Shown here one piece after another: positions 29,812 through 40,028 of a DNA stretch of 64,000 nt (position 1 is its first letter; every line of letters begins with the position of its first letter). The position numbers and the translations under genes are program-made. The notes beneath the pieces were generated by a model. That model did not search any database and was not told the DNA's origin. It was given only the letters and a program-made list of their open reading frames with translations. This DNA comes from Planctomycetota bacterium (lineage in GTDB: Bacteria > Planctomycetota > B15-G4 > JADJEK01): positions 160,001 through 224,000 of the forward strand of contig JBGAIQ010000002.1 in NCBI GenBank assembly GCA_044225365.1. Direction: 5' to 3'.

Positions 29812-30421
29812 CCGTAAGGACGAAGGTCAGCGAGCCGCGGATCGAGCGCCAGTCCGAGACGCTCGCATTCGATTGGGCTTTGACCCGCGACGCCTCGCAC
29901 GATTCGAAGCCCGCGGCGGTGAAGATCCGCGCCCAGCCGGGGACGGAGTGGAGCTTGAACGGTAGGTCGAACTTGCGGCGCCAGGGGTGCGTCGCGGTGT
30001 TCTCGGCGTAGAAGTCGAAGAGCGTCACCATGCGTCCGCCGCTCCGCAGGAGTTCGCGGAGTCGACGCGCCTGCGCGATCTCGTCGGGCATGAGTGTGAG
30101 CGATTCGATGACGAGGATGCCGTCGTACGAGCCGTTGAGGGCGTCGTCGATCTTCTTCCACTCGATCCCGCGGTCCGTGGCCGTCGCATCGCGATCGAGG
30201 TTCGCGGCGACGATCCGCTCGCACTGCAGCGATCGCGCTTCTTCGAGCACGCGCTTTCCGCCGCCGAGGACCAGCAGACTTGCATGCGGTCGCAGGTCGA
30301 GCCGACGCAACGCTTCGATCTCGGCGAACTCGCGCTCGGCGAGGATCGACGCGAACACCGGGTTCGCGGCGGCGGCGCGAAGGCGGGCTGCGAGATCGGC
30401 GATGGGATCGGAGTCGATCAT
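29801..30421 (-). CDS. Divergent class I SAM-methyltransferase-like protein
   Basis: LLVLGGG motif I-like, YDGILVIES, LRELLRSGGRMV; ATGA-coupled to the upstream gene. Confidence 0.55.
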   Translation of the reverse strand: MIDSDPIADLAARLRAAAANPVFASILAEREFAEIEALRRLDLRPHASLLVLGGGKRVLEEARSLQCERIVAANLDRDATATDRGIEWKKIDDALNGSYDGILVIESLTLMPDEIAQARRLRELLRSGGRMVTLFDFYAENTATHPWRRKFDLPFKLHSVPGWARIFTAAGFESCEASRVKAQSNASVSDWRSIRGSLTFVLTVRT

Positions 30422-31566
30422 GCGCGGGCCATCGTAACCGATTCGCGGCGCGGCAATGGAAGCCCGAGTTCGGAGTAGACGAGTTCGAGCGCGCGTTGCG
30501 TCGCGATCCCGGGGTTGTAGAAGACGTCGTTCGCGATGGCTCTTCGCGCGGCGCTGAACTCACTCGGGTCCGAGAAGCAGCGGTCGAGCGCAGCCGCGAT
30601 CTCGTCGCCCGTCTTGATCACGATGCCGCCCTTCTGACTCCAGGTGTCGACGTCGGCGGTCTTGCGATACCGCTTCGATTGGAACAGTTCCGGAACGTCG
30701 CAGTACACGATGGGCCGATCGAGGAGCATGAACTCCTGCAGCACCGAGCTCGCGTCGCTGATGAGGACGTCGGCGAGCGCCATCGCGGGCACGACGTCGA
30801 TGTCCTCGTAGAGCGAGACGTTCTTCCACGGCCATGCCTTCGCTCGGGCTTCCCAATCGATCTTGCTGTGGTTCGGATCCTTCAGATGGTCGTGGAGCTT
30901 GACGAGGACGTGAATGCCGTCGATGCGCGACGCGCGTTCGAGCATCGCTTCGCCCATCTTGAAGATCGAGCTGTGCTCACCCCACGTCGGGGCGTAGAGA
31001 ACGACCTTCTTCGATGGGTCGATACCGAGGCGGGCTCGCAGGGCGCGCACGTCGATCGAGCCGTTCACCAAGGGGTCGAGCTTGGGCATGCCGATCTCGA
31101 CGAGTCGCGGGTCGCCTTCCTTGATGAACTTGCGGGCGATGAACTGGCGGCGCTGCCACGGTCCGACGAGCATGATCTTGTCAAAGAACTTCGCCTTCTT
31201 GGCGATCGAGCGCCCCTTGAACGACGCGCCGTGGAAGGTGAGCATCCGGCGATAACTGCGCTTGCCCGCGACGCGCGAGCCATCCGGGGCGATGTAGAGG
31301 TCCGCGCGATACTTGTGCGCCGCGCGACGTTTCATGGGTTCGACGTCCTTCAACCTCGTCGCGGCGATCATCGCCGGTGCGTCGTCGCGCGTGCGGAACT
31401 TCGCGGCGAGGATCAAGCGGATCCGCGGATCGCGCTGCAGCGCATCGATGATGGGCCGCATCACGACGATGTTCATCGGCGAGCAGGCATGCAACAAGAC
31501 GTCGCGCTTGCCCCGAATGATTCGCGAGAGAGTGCGGCGCAGGTGCCGCAGTGCGTCGTGACTCAT
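30418..31566 (-). CDS. CDP-glycerol glycerophosphotransferase (TagB/TagF) family
   Basis: TFHG, IGMPKLD, VLYAPTW, VKLH, ADVLISDASSV..EF..LDRP. Confidence 0.85.
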   Translation of the reverse strand: MSHDALRHLRRTLSRIIRGKRDVLLHACSPMNIVVMRPIIDALQRDPRIRLILAAKFRTRDDAPAMIAATRLKDVEPMKRRAAHKYRADLYIAPDGSRVAGKRSYRRMLTFHGASFKGRSIAKKAKFFDKIMLVGPWQRRQFIARKFIKEGDPRLVEIGMPKLDPLVNGSIDVRALRARLGIDPSKKVVLYAPTWGEHSSIFKMGEAMLERASRIDGIHVLVKLHDHLKDPNHSKIDWEARAKAWPWKNVSLYEDIDVVPAMALADVLISDASSVLQEFMLLDRPIVYCDVPELFQSKRYRKTADVDTWSQKGGIVIKTGDEIAAALDRCFSDPSEFSAARRAIANDVFYNPGIATQRALELVYSELGLPLPRRESVTMARA

Positions 31567-31576
31567 GAACTCGAAC

Positions 31577-33243
31577 TCAAACTCCGTATAGCTCGCCGTA
31601 CTTCTTCTTCGCGTACGCGACGAAGTAGCGCGCGGAGGGCTCCTCGCCGGTCGCTTGCTTCACGAGCTCGTCGGCGGTGAACTCGCGGCCCTTGCTGTGG
31701 ATCTTCGCGCGCATCCAGTCGCGCAGCGGGAGGAGTTCGCCGCGCTCCAGGAGCGCATCGAGTCCGTTGAGGTCGCGGTCGGCCGCCGCGACCAATTGGG
31801 CTGCGTACAGATTGCCGAGCGTGTAGGTGGGGAAGTAGCCGAATCCGCCCATCGACCAGTGGATGTCCTGGAGGCAACCCTCGCGATCCGTCGGCGGTTC
31901 GATCCCGAGCCGTTCCCGCATGCCGTTGCGCCAGGCTTCCGGGATGTCGTTCACCGCGAGATTGCCTTCGAAAAGGTCGCGTTCGATCGAGAAGCGCAGC
32001 GCGATGTGCAGGTTGTAGGTGAGCTCGTCGGCTTCGATGCGGATCAAAGACGGGGCGACGACGTTCGCCGCGCGGTAGATCGCCTCGAGATCGACGTCGT
32101 CGAGCGCGCCGTGGGCGCACTTCTTCAGGTCCTTCAGGAAATGGCGCCAGAAGGGTCGGCTGCGCGCGATCATGTTCTCCCAGAAACGGGATTGCGATTC
32201 ATGCATTCCGTACGAAGCGGCCTCCGCGATCGGGGTCCGATCCCATTCGACCGGGAGACCCTGTTCGTAGATACCATGCCCCGCTTCGTGGACCACCGCG
32301 AAGAAGCCGGGTCGCAGGTCGTCTTCCTGGAAGTGCCAGGTCAGACGAACGTCGCCGTGATGGATCTTCTGCGTGAACGGATGGGCCGAGACGTCGAGGC
32401 GGCCGGATTCGAAATCGAATCCCATCTTCTTCGCGACCGCGAGCGTGAATTCCGCAGGTCGTCTTCCTGGAAGTGCCAGGTCAGACGAACGTCGCCGTGA
32501 TGGATCTTCTGCGTGAACGGATGGGCCGAGACGTCGAGGCGGCCGGATTCGAAATCGAATCCCATCTTCTTCGCGACCGCGAGCGTGAATTCGCGCTGGT
32601 TCTCGACCGCGATCTTGCGCTTCAGCGGGGAGGGATCGAGTCGGCGCGGACTCGCGACGATCCGCGCCACGAATTCGCGAAGGTCGGTCTCGAGTCCGGC
32701 GAAGAGGCTCGCGAGCTTCTTCACGGTCATCCCGGGCTCGTAGTCCTCGAGCAGGGCATCGAGCGGGGACTCGACGTATCCGAGCTGTTCTGCGGCTTCG
32801 CGTTTCAGGCGAAGGAGCTTCTCGAGGTGGGGCGCGAAGTCGGAGAAGCGATCCGCAGCGCGCGCTTCCGCCCACGCGGCCTGGCCGCGACTCGTCGCTT
32901 CGGCGATCTCCCGAACGAGCCGGGCCTCGATGCGGAAGGATCGCGTGATGTCGCGGTGCGCGAGGCGGACCATCGCGCGTTCCTTCACCGAAAGGGACTC
33001 CGCCGCTTCCGGCTGCACGAGACGCGCGACGAGTTCACGCAGTTCCGGCGCCGTCGACCGGGCATGGACCGTACTCGCGAGCGTGGCGAGGACCGTCGCG
33101 CGCCCGGCGATGCCGAGAGATCCCTTCGGTTGGTACGTCTCTTGATCCCAATGCAGGAGGGCCGATGCGGACGCGAGGTCGGAGATCTCGGCAAGCGCGT
33201 CCCGCAGGCGGGAGAATTCCTGTCGCCAGTTGGTCGGGCCCAA
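31577..33243 (-). CDS. Carboxypeptidase M32, frameshifted in this sequence by a 140-bp duplication
   Basis: LHWDQET, DALLEDYEP, SAHPF, HEAGH, HESQSRFWEN, RIEADE, QDIHW, GYFPTY; removing one repeat copy gives a 508-aa ORF. Confidence 0.9.
32313..32592. repeat. Exact 140-bp tandem duplication
   Basis: 32313-32452 is identical to 32453-32592. Confidence 0.95.
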
Positions 33244-33360
33244 GACGTATCTCCAGAAGTGCCGGGCGGGCGTGGCGAGCCTACGGAAGTTCGCCCGTAC
33301 ACCGTTCGAGAAATGAACACAGGCGATGCGCGGCTTCGGCGCATCGCCTGCGTTCGTGTC

Positions 33361-33436
33361 TGGCAGGCCAAGAAGGACTTGAACCCTCAACCCCCTGATT
33401 TGGAATCAGGTGCTCTACCAATTGAGCTATTGGCCT
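33361..33436 (-). tRNA. tRNA-Trp(CCA)
   Basis: AGGCCAATAGCTCAATTGGTAGAGCACCTGATTCCAAATCAGGGGGTTGAGGGTTCAAGTCCTTCTTGGCCTGCCA: cloverleaf, CCA anticodon, encoded 3' CCA. Confidence 0.97.
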
Positions 33437-33511
33437 GTGTGAGGCGTGAAATCATAGCGGCCGGATCGTGAACGCGAAGGGGGTTCTTCTCAATCCGCAC
33501 TTCGACGACGG

Positions 33512-34855
33512 TCAGTCGCTGGCGTTGAGCTCGAGCAGGGCCCGGCGGGGAAGTTTCAGCTCCGAATCGAAGGTCCACGCAGCTTCTTCCCGCGGGTAGG
33601 CGCTCGTGGGAACCATCTGGCGGAGGGAGTGCCATTCGTTCAGGCTCGCCGCGATGCAATCCTCGGCGCGGTACAGGTGGGCGCGCAAGAATGCGATCGT
33701 TCGGGGGCTGGCATCGGCCGCCAGCGCGGTCATGTCGGCGATGCGCCGCTCGACGTAGGTGCGTTCGTCCTCGGACAGGATCGTGAATTGACCCTGGGCA
33801 CCGGAACGCGGGTGTTCCAGTGCGATGACGTACGAACTGCCTCGGGGAAGATCCTTGTCGAGGTCGACATGGAACTGATCGGCGGCGAGCACCTTCTCGA
33901 AGACCGTCCTGCCGCTCGCGATCTGGACGACGCGCAGCTTCACCTCGCCATGCAGGTCCGCGGACCGCCAAACGATTTGCGGCTTCGTATCGTCGATCCT
34001 CCCGAACGGCGACAGGATCTCGAGGAGCTGCGGTTCGAGTCGGCGCGCCCGCAGTTCGCGGATTCGCTGGATGCGGGCCTCGGGACGAACGGGTTCGAGC
34101 CGCTCTAGGCCGGGCGGCGGGTCGTCGACGAGCAGGCGTACTGCGTCGTCGAAGTGATCGGAGTTGATCGCCTCGGCGAGGCGCTGGACCGTCCGATCCG
34201 TGCGGTCGCTCGCGGGCTGATCGAGGATGTAGAACGTCGCGACCGTGATGACGATGAAGAAGACGAGGGCGAGAACGGCGGGGAGGTTCAGGATCCTCAC
34301 CGTCGCCGCGCGTTCGCGATCGCCGGGGCGCTGCCGCAGGAGTTGGTCGGCGAGTTCGAGCTTGCGGACCTCTGGCGGAACTTTGGCCTCGAGCGCGTGG
34401 CATTCGGCAAATCGCGGATCCGCGGGTGGAGATCCCGCCACGATCGAGCGGGCGATCGCCAGCGCGTCGAGTGGCGATTCGTTCGCGGGCCCGCTCCGCT
34501 TCTCGAGGATTCGTGTGTAAGCGTGAGCGCGGCAAAGATCGAAGATCGTGACGTCGCACGGCAGGTCCGTGATCCCGTCAGGACTTCGATTCGTCCGCGA
34601 GACGTAGAGGTAGCCGGTGATCGAATCGGTGAGCGCGACGGCTTCGCGCGGATCGGCGACGAGGGGTACGAGACTCGCGACGAGGCGCGGACGCACGACG
34701 TCGTGGTAGAGCGCCCACGCCGCCGGAGCGCCGTCCGCGAGCGCAGCGGCGAATCGGGCTTCACAGGAGTCGTCCGCGCCCGTGCCCCGATCACCCGCGA
34801 TGAGCCAATCGCGCAGTGACTCGATAGGGATCGTTGGAGGTGGGAGCGTCAACAT
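33512..34855 (-). CDS. Hypothetical bitopic membrane protein (sigma region 2-like N-terminus, TM, extracytoplasmic domain)
   Basis: ALADGAPAAWALYHDVVRPRL..DPREAVAL; TM LPAVLALVFFIVITVATFYIL; C-terminal LSPFG..KPQIVW; start uncertain. Confidence 0.55.
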   Translation of the reverse strand: MLTLPPPTIPIESLRDWLIAGDRGTGADDSCEARFAAALADGAPAAWALYHDVVRPRLVASLVPLVADPREAVALTDSITGYLYVSRTNRSPDGITDLPCDVTIFDLCRAHAYTRILEKRSGPANESPLDALAIARSIVAGSPPADPRFAECHALEAKVPPEVRKLELADQLLRQRPGDRERAATVRILNLPAVLALVFFIVITVATFYILDQPASDRTDRTVQRLAEAINSDHFDDAVRLLVDDPPPGLERLEPVRPEARIQRIRELRARRLEPQLLEILSPFGRIDDTKPQIVWRSADLHGEVKLRVVQIASGRTVFEKVLAADQFHVDLDKDLPRGSSYVIALEHPRSGAQGQFTILSEDERTYVERRIADMTALAADASPRTIAFLRAHLYRAEDCIAASLNEWHSLRQMVPTSAYPREEAAWTFDSELKLPRRALLELNASD

Positions 34856-35001
34856 GGCGACTGGATTCGAAAGCAGCGCAGCGGGGTCACTCGGCCGCTC
34901 GTTCGTAGGGAGCACACGTCGTTACGATTTGAACGGATTGCACTACCCGAAGGCCTGTCGTTCCGGGCAGTATCCGACGCCAGCGCTCGTCGCGGGCGAC
35001 G

Positions 35002-35631
35002 ATGCAAGGCCGAAGGATCGCCTCCATTGTGCCCGCGAAACGCAAGGAGACCCTGGTGTTTTTCTCTGTCGATGTCGAAGCGAGCGGAACGCTCCCCGGA
35101 TTCTACGACCTGCTCTCGATCGGAGCCGTTCCGGTCTACCGCCGGCACGGCGAGTACCAGATCGGCGAGGAGGAGTTCTACGTCGAGCTGAAACCAGTGC
35201 TCGGGACGTCGGATCCCGAATCGATGAAAGTGAACCGGCTCGATCTCTCGAAGCTCGCGCGGGACGGCGTCTCGCTGGTCGACGGCGCGCACCAATTCGC
35301 GAGGTTCGTGAAGACGCATACCCCGCGGCACGACGCTCCCGCGTTCGTCGGATACTGCGCGAACTTCGACTGGGCGTTCATCAACGACATGTTCAAGCGC
35401 GCCGGGATGGACAATCCCTTCGGCTACAAGGCGCTCGACATCCGTTCTCTGTCGTATGGGCTCTTCGAACTCGATTGGAGCCGGATCGGTCATACCCGGC
35501 TGCTGCAGCTGCTCGGCATGTCGCCGTTGTCGAAGGCCGAAGCCCACCATGCTCTCGCCGATGCGCGGCATCAGGCAGAGATGCTCGTCGGTCTCATCAA
35601 CCGGCGTGGAGAGATTCACCGCGCGCCGTAG
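35002..35631 (+). CDS. DEDDh 3'-5' exonuclease
   Basis: SVDVEASG, NFDWAF, HHALADA; start may be the GTG a few codons downstream. Confidence 0.85.
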   Translation: MQGRRIASIVPAKRKETLVFFSVDVEASGTLPGFYDLLSIGAVPVYRRHGEYQIGEEEFYVELKPVLGTSDPESMKVNRLDLSKLARDGVSLVDGAHQFARFVKTHTPRHDAPAFVGYCANFDWAFINDMFKRAGMDNPFGYKALDIRSLSYGLFELDWSRIGHTRLLQLLGMSPLSKAEAHHALADARHQAEMLVGLINRRGEIHRAP

Positions 35632-37988
35632 CGTCCGTCCCCGTGCGCTTCGAACCGTGAACTGCCCTTGAGGACGCGGCGCAGCACCGCGCCTTCTGCC
35701 GGGGAGAGCTGGAGGCGGCGCATGATCGACGATGGGCGCATCGGTTCGCCGGCCTCGCGCAAGGTGGCGAGCGCTCGTTGCTCGAGGTCCTGATCGATGC
35801 GATCGTCGACGATTTGAATGAAGCCGCCGCTCACGAAGCGGAACCCACCGATTCGGCGCAGGAGATCGCCGAGGAGGACCGGATTGAAGACGAAGGGCGC
35901 CTCCGGGACGGCCGATCGGGCGACGTCGAGCAGATCGCCGAGCGCGGCGACACCGTGCGAAGCGAAGAGACTCGTTCGAATGCCTCCCGCGAGTCGGAGT
36001 CTGGCGTCGTCCGAAAGCGGATAGCGGCTCGCGAGATCGAACCACCCGCGAGCTACGCGGAGAAAGGTCTCGCGTCCGACGAGGGTCGCGGAGATCGCTC
36101 CATCCGATACGCGACGCTGCTCCTGGACGCGCTTTCGCAGGTCCGAGTAGGCGAGCGGTCCGTCGTGCGCGAGGAGGATCTTCTCGAGCAGGTCCGAGAC
36201 GTGCGCCAGATTCCCGTTCCCCATGTCGGCGAGTGCGAACGTGCCGCGACCGAGGTGGCGGAAGCGCGCGTCTTCGCGCATCACGGCGGCGACGACGAAT
36301 TCACTGACCTCGGAGAGTTCCTTCTCTTCGACGAGAATCTGATGCAGCAGCGACACGGACGTCGGTCTTCCGCTCTCCGAGAGTCGCACCGCAGCGCGTT
36401 CCGCGATCTTCGCGCACAATTCCTGGGGCACCGAGAATCGATGCGCGAGGTCGTAGACGCCGCGGCCGACGAGTACGAATCGTTCGTCGCGACACAGCCG
36501 AAGGCGGACCTTCTCCGCGTCCGCCGCCTCCCTGTCGCCCGCCGCTTCGAGGCGCGTCGCGATCTCCGTGAAGTGCAGCGGCTTCTTGGCGTTCACGAGC
36601 ACTGCGACCAGCGAGTCGCCGAGAGCTTGCGAGGGAGTGCGTACCCGTGCCGACCCCTCTTCGTCCTCGGTCACCTCGCGGTGGAAGACGTTTTCGCACA
36701 GGGCGCGAACGAGGGTCGCGCCATTCTCACCGAGGTCGAGCCCGCGGCCAGTCTCGGCGATCAGCGCCGCGAGTTCCTGCGAGCCACCACCGCGGCGAAG
36801 TCGCTTGCGAAGTCGCGCGGTCAGGGTGCACAGCGTCGCGGCGGGAACCGCGGCGAGCCGGCCGTCGGCGAGCCGTCCGACGTGATGCGGGAGCAGTTTC
36901 GCGAGGATGCGACCGAGATAGGAGGGAGGCATTTCGCTCACGGCGAAGAGTTCGTGCTGAACGAGCGCTTCGGGGCCGGCGAGCCCGCCATGGCGGAGCA
37001 GCGTCTGCGTCACGGCGTCGGCAATCGGTTCGATGTGCCCGGTCGCGAACCGGCGCAGTTTCGCCCATGCGCTGTGCTCGATCTGACAGGCTCGCGATTC
37101 GGTGATCTCGAGGATTGCGCCGACTTCGCCCAGCGTCTTCGGCGCTGCGCCGCTCCCGCCTTCCCGGAGCTCGACGAGCCGCCGCTCCTTGTCCTGCAGG
37201 CGGGCAAGGAGCGTCGCGAGCACGCCGTCGAATCCCGATCGGGAGTCCGCGGGCAGTGCGAGGAATCGTTCGACCTCCCGTTGGATGCGACGCAGCGTCG
37301 CCTGACCGAAGTTCTTGCGCACGAGAAGCGCATTCATGTCGAGGCCGGCGAAATCGCGCAGCGTTCGAATCCCGAGTTCCACGCACGCGCGTCGCGCGCG
37401 CCGCGGCAAATCGAGCGCGGCGATGGAGACGCGCGAGAGATCCGCGTCGTCGCTCGCCTCGCCCTGCATGCGCGGGACTTGCAGCAGCGGAGTCAGTCGA
37501 TTCTTCTCGCCGAGGGCGCTCGCGGCTGCGTGGATCGCACGGTTCACATCGGCGAGAGTCACCGCGCCGAAGTTCTTGTAGGCGAGGATCGTCTCGGGAC
37601 CGATCTTCATGTAGTCGCGAACCGTGAGGATGTGTTCACGCTGGAAGATGCTGCGTGCACGATTGGGAATGGGCAGGTCGACGAGGCGAAGGTCCTTGAT
37701 CGAGTCCGGCAGGTCACGGGGGAACGCCGCCGATGAATCATCGACGAGGCAATCGGTGCCCGAGGCCCGATAGACCTGGAGCACGGCCCGGACCTCTCGC
37801 AGACACGTGTGGCCAAAACCCGGAACTCGCAGCAAGTCCTCGTCGCTGCGAGCGATCAGGTCCCCGACGAGGGCAATCCCGCCCTCTTGTAGACGCCGGA
37901 GCGTCCGATTCGACAACGGCAGTGAGTCGATGGGAGTCTCGAGGTCGTCTCGCGACTGCCGATCGAGCGTTCGCTCCGTGCGCTGCAT
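35616..37988 (-). CDS. Multidomain protein: 3x RNAP alphaCTD-like, sigma70 region 4 HTH, multiple HARE-HTH-like winged helices
   Basis: LSNRT..GI..VGDL..PGFG; PNRA..KNFG; LPRRA..KNFG; LQDKERRLVELR..TLGEVG..ITESRACQIE; PLHFTEIA..RFVLVGRGVYDL-type repeats. Confidence 0.75.
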   Translation of the reverse strand: MQRTERTLDRQSRDDLETPIDSLPLSNRTLRRLQEGGIALVGDLIARSDEDLLRVPGFGHTCLREVRAVLQVYRASGTDCLVDDSSAAFPRDLPDSIKDLRLVDLPIPNRARSIFQREHILTVRDYMKIGPETILAYKNFGAVTLADVNRAIHAAASALGEKNRLTPLLQVPRMQGEASDDADLSRVSIAALDLPRRARRACVELGIRTLRDFAGLDMNALLVRKNFGQATLRRIQREVERFLALPADSRSGFDGVLATLLARLQDKERRLVELREGGSGAAPKTLGEVGAILEITESRACQIEHSAWAKLRRFATGHIEPIADAVTQTLLRHGGLAGPEALVQHELFAVSEMPPSYLGRILAKLLPHHVGRLADGRLAAVPAATLCTLTARLRKRLRRGGGSQELAALIAETGRGLDLGENGATLVRALCENVFHREVTEDEEGSARVRTPSQALGDSLVAVLVNAKKPLHFTEIATRLEAAGDREAADAEKVRLRLCRDERFVLVGRGVYDLAHRFSVPQELCAKIAERAAVRLSESGRPTSVSLLHQILVEEKELSEVSEFVVAAVMREDARFRHLGRGTFALADMGNGNLAHVSDLLEKILLAHDGPLAYSDLRKRVQEQRRVSDGAISATLVGRETFLRVARGWFDLASRYPLSDDARLRLAGGIRTSLFASHGVAALGDLLDVARSAVPEAPFVFNPVLLGDLLRRIGGFRFVSGGFIQIVDDRIDQDLEQRALATLREAGEPMRPSSIMRRLQLSPAEGAVLRRVLKGSSRFEAHGDGRYGAR

Positions 37989-38206
37989 TCTCGCCTCTCC
38001 AAAAGGCGGCGATCCGATCGATCACCTACCCGGATCCCTTATCGAGCACCCCGGGTCGAAAAATGAAGCGACTGCGAAGAGGCTCGAAAAGCGCGAGGGA
38101 CGGCGCCCCGGTGTGGGGGAGCCGTCCCTCGCGTTCACGAGCGTCGAGGAGAGGTTGCCCTCTCGCTCTACGATCGCCCGATACGAGATCGATCTTCGAC
38201 TACGAG

Positions 38207-38710
38207 TCAGTCCTCGCCGCGGAGATAGGCGAGCACTTCATCGGCGTGCCCATCGACCTTGACCTTCGGGAACACCTTCTTGATGATTCCCTTGGGATCG
38301 ATGATGAACGTCGAACGAATGATGCCCATCGTCCGCTTGCCGTACTGAACCTTCTCGCCCCAGGCGCCGTATTGCTCGGCAACCTTGTGGTCGGGGTCCG
38401 ACAGGAGCGTGAACTGCAGCTGGAACTTCAGATCGAAGTTGCAGTGCGAACTCACGTCGTCGGGGCTGATCCCCACGATCTCCGCCTTGAGCGCCTTGAA
38501 CTCCGCGAGCTTCTTCTTGAACTCGACGGCTTCCGTGGTGCAGCCCGGGGTGAGATCCTTCGGGTAGAAGTACAGCACGACCGTCTTGCCCTTGAACTTG
38601 GACAACTTCACGGTTCGACCGTTCTGGTCGGCCATGGAGAAGTCGGGGGCCTTCTTGCCCTCCGCGACCGCGCCGGTGGTCGCGTTCTTTTCGGGGACGG
38701 CTTGGGTCAT
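38207..38710 (-). CDS. bcp: Peroxiredoxin Bcp/PrxQ
   Basis: LYFYPKDLTPGCTTEA, GISPD, LLSDPD, RSTFIID. Confidence 0.92.
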   Translation of the reverse strand: MTQAVPEKNATTGAVAEGKKAPDFSMADQNGRTVKLSKFKGKTVVLYFYPKDLTPGCTTEAVEFKKKLAEFKALKAEIVGISPDDVSSHCNFDLKFQLQFTLLSDPDHKVAEQYGAWGEKVQYGKRTMGIIRSTFIIDPKGIIKKVFPKVKVDGHADEVLAYLRGED

Positions 38711-39041
38711 TGTGTTCAACTCTTTCGAGATGGATCGAACGAAAAGATCAGCCTCGGCCGGACGCCATCTAACATCCGACGCTGCAGCAGCTTCGCGAAA
38801 CCGGAAAGGATCCGATCTTCCGCTGAGCTACTCCGCAGTCGCTGCTTTCAACGGATGAACTCGGTACGAGTCCCACGTGAGGTACGTTATCAGTTTGACG
38901 GCGCGGGATCAAGTTGTCTGATAGGCGCCGTTTTGGGTCCAGACGTTCGAAAACGAGACGAATGGCCCAGCCGCGACCGCGAACGACGTCCGACGAAATT
39001 CGTGAAGGACCCCGCTCACCTTTTTGGAGCTCGCGCCGACC

Positions 39042-40028
39042 ATGCCGCAACGACCCGCGATCGCATCGAACATCCTCGAACTCATCGGGAACACGCCGCT
39101 CGTCCGCATTCGCAAGATGACGGGGCCGGGATCCGCCGAGGTCCTCGTGAAGCTCGAGTCCTTCAACCCGATGTGGAGCGTCAAAGATCGAATCGGCGCC
39201 GCGATGATCGCCGCCGCCGAGCGCGACGGGAAGATCGCTCCCGGCAAGACGGTCGTCATCGAGCCGACATCGGGCAACACGGGCATCGGCCTCGCGATGG
39301 CGTGCGCCGTGAAGGGCTACACGGCGATCTTCACGATGCCGGAGTCCGCGACGGTGGAGCGTCGGCACGTGCTCCTCGCGTTCGGGGCGAAGGTCGTGCT
39401 CACGCCGAAAGCGAAGGGCATGAAGGGCGCGATCGCGAAGGCCGAGCAACTCGTGAAGGCGACGGCCGGCGGCTGGATGCCGTCGCAGTTCGACAATCCC
39501 GCGAACCCCGCGATCCACAAGTGCACGACGGCGATCGAGATCCTCGAAGCCACGTCCGCGCAACTCGACGCCTTCGTCGCCGGTGTCGGCACGGGCGGCA
39601 CCTTGTCGGGTACGGGATCGGTATTGAAGGAGCGTCTGCGCGACGTGAAGGTGATCGCCGTCGAGTCCGCGGATGCTCCCGTGCTCTCGGGCAAGCCGGT
39701 CGAGCGACCGAATCGGATCCAGGGGATCAGCGCAGGCTTCGTGCCCGGCAACTACGAGAAAGGCGTCGTCGACTCGATCGAGGTCGTGAGCTACGACGAT
39801 GCGATCGCGACCTCGCGTCGACTCTGTCGTGAAGAAGGAATCTTCGTGGGAATCTCGTCGGGTGCGGTTGCGGCGGGAGCGCTGCGCGTGGCGGAGCGAC
39901 TCGGCAACGGAAAACGCGTCGTCGCAATCCTCGCCGATCTCGGCGAGCGCTACCTCAGTCACGAGCTGTACGCGACGATCGCGAACTCCGACAACCTCAT
40001 CGACGCGACCCAGGAAACGCTCGTCTGA
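39042..40028 (+). CDS. cysK: Cysteine synthase A
   Basis: IGNTPLV, KLESFNP..SVKDR, EPTSGNTG, GVGTGGT, GISSGA, DLGERYLS. Confidence 0.93.
   Translation: MPQRPAIASNILELIGNTPLVRIRKMTGPGSAEVLVKLESFNPMWSVKDRIGAAMIAAAERDGKIAPGKTVVIEPTSGNTGIGLAMACAVKGYTAIFTMPESATVERRHVLLAFGAKVVLTPKAKGMKGAIAKAEQLVKATAGGWMPSQFDNPANPAIHKCTTAIEILEATSAQLDAFVAGVGTGGTLSGTGSVLKERLRDVKVIAVESADAPVLSGKPVERPNRIQGISAGFVPGNYEKGVVDSIEVVSYDDAIATSRRLCREEGIFVGISSGAVAAGALRVAERLGNGKRVVAILADLGERYLSHELYATIANSDNLIDATQETLV

Noticed and set aside
33361-38000. Genomic island integrated at tRNA-Trp
   Set aside because: No integrase, no duplicated tRNA 3' end and no visible compositional shift
38888-38923. Imperfect inverted repeat (tatcag..ttga..tcaa..ctgata) upstream of cysK as a sulfur-regulator site
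   Set aside because: Irregular spacing, single instance and no cognate regulator nearby
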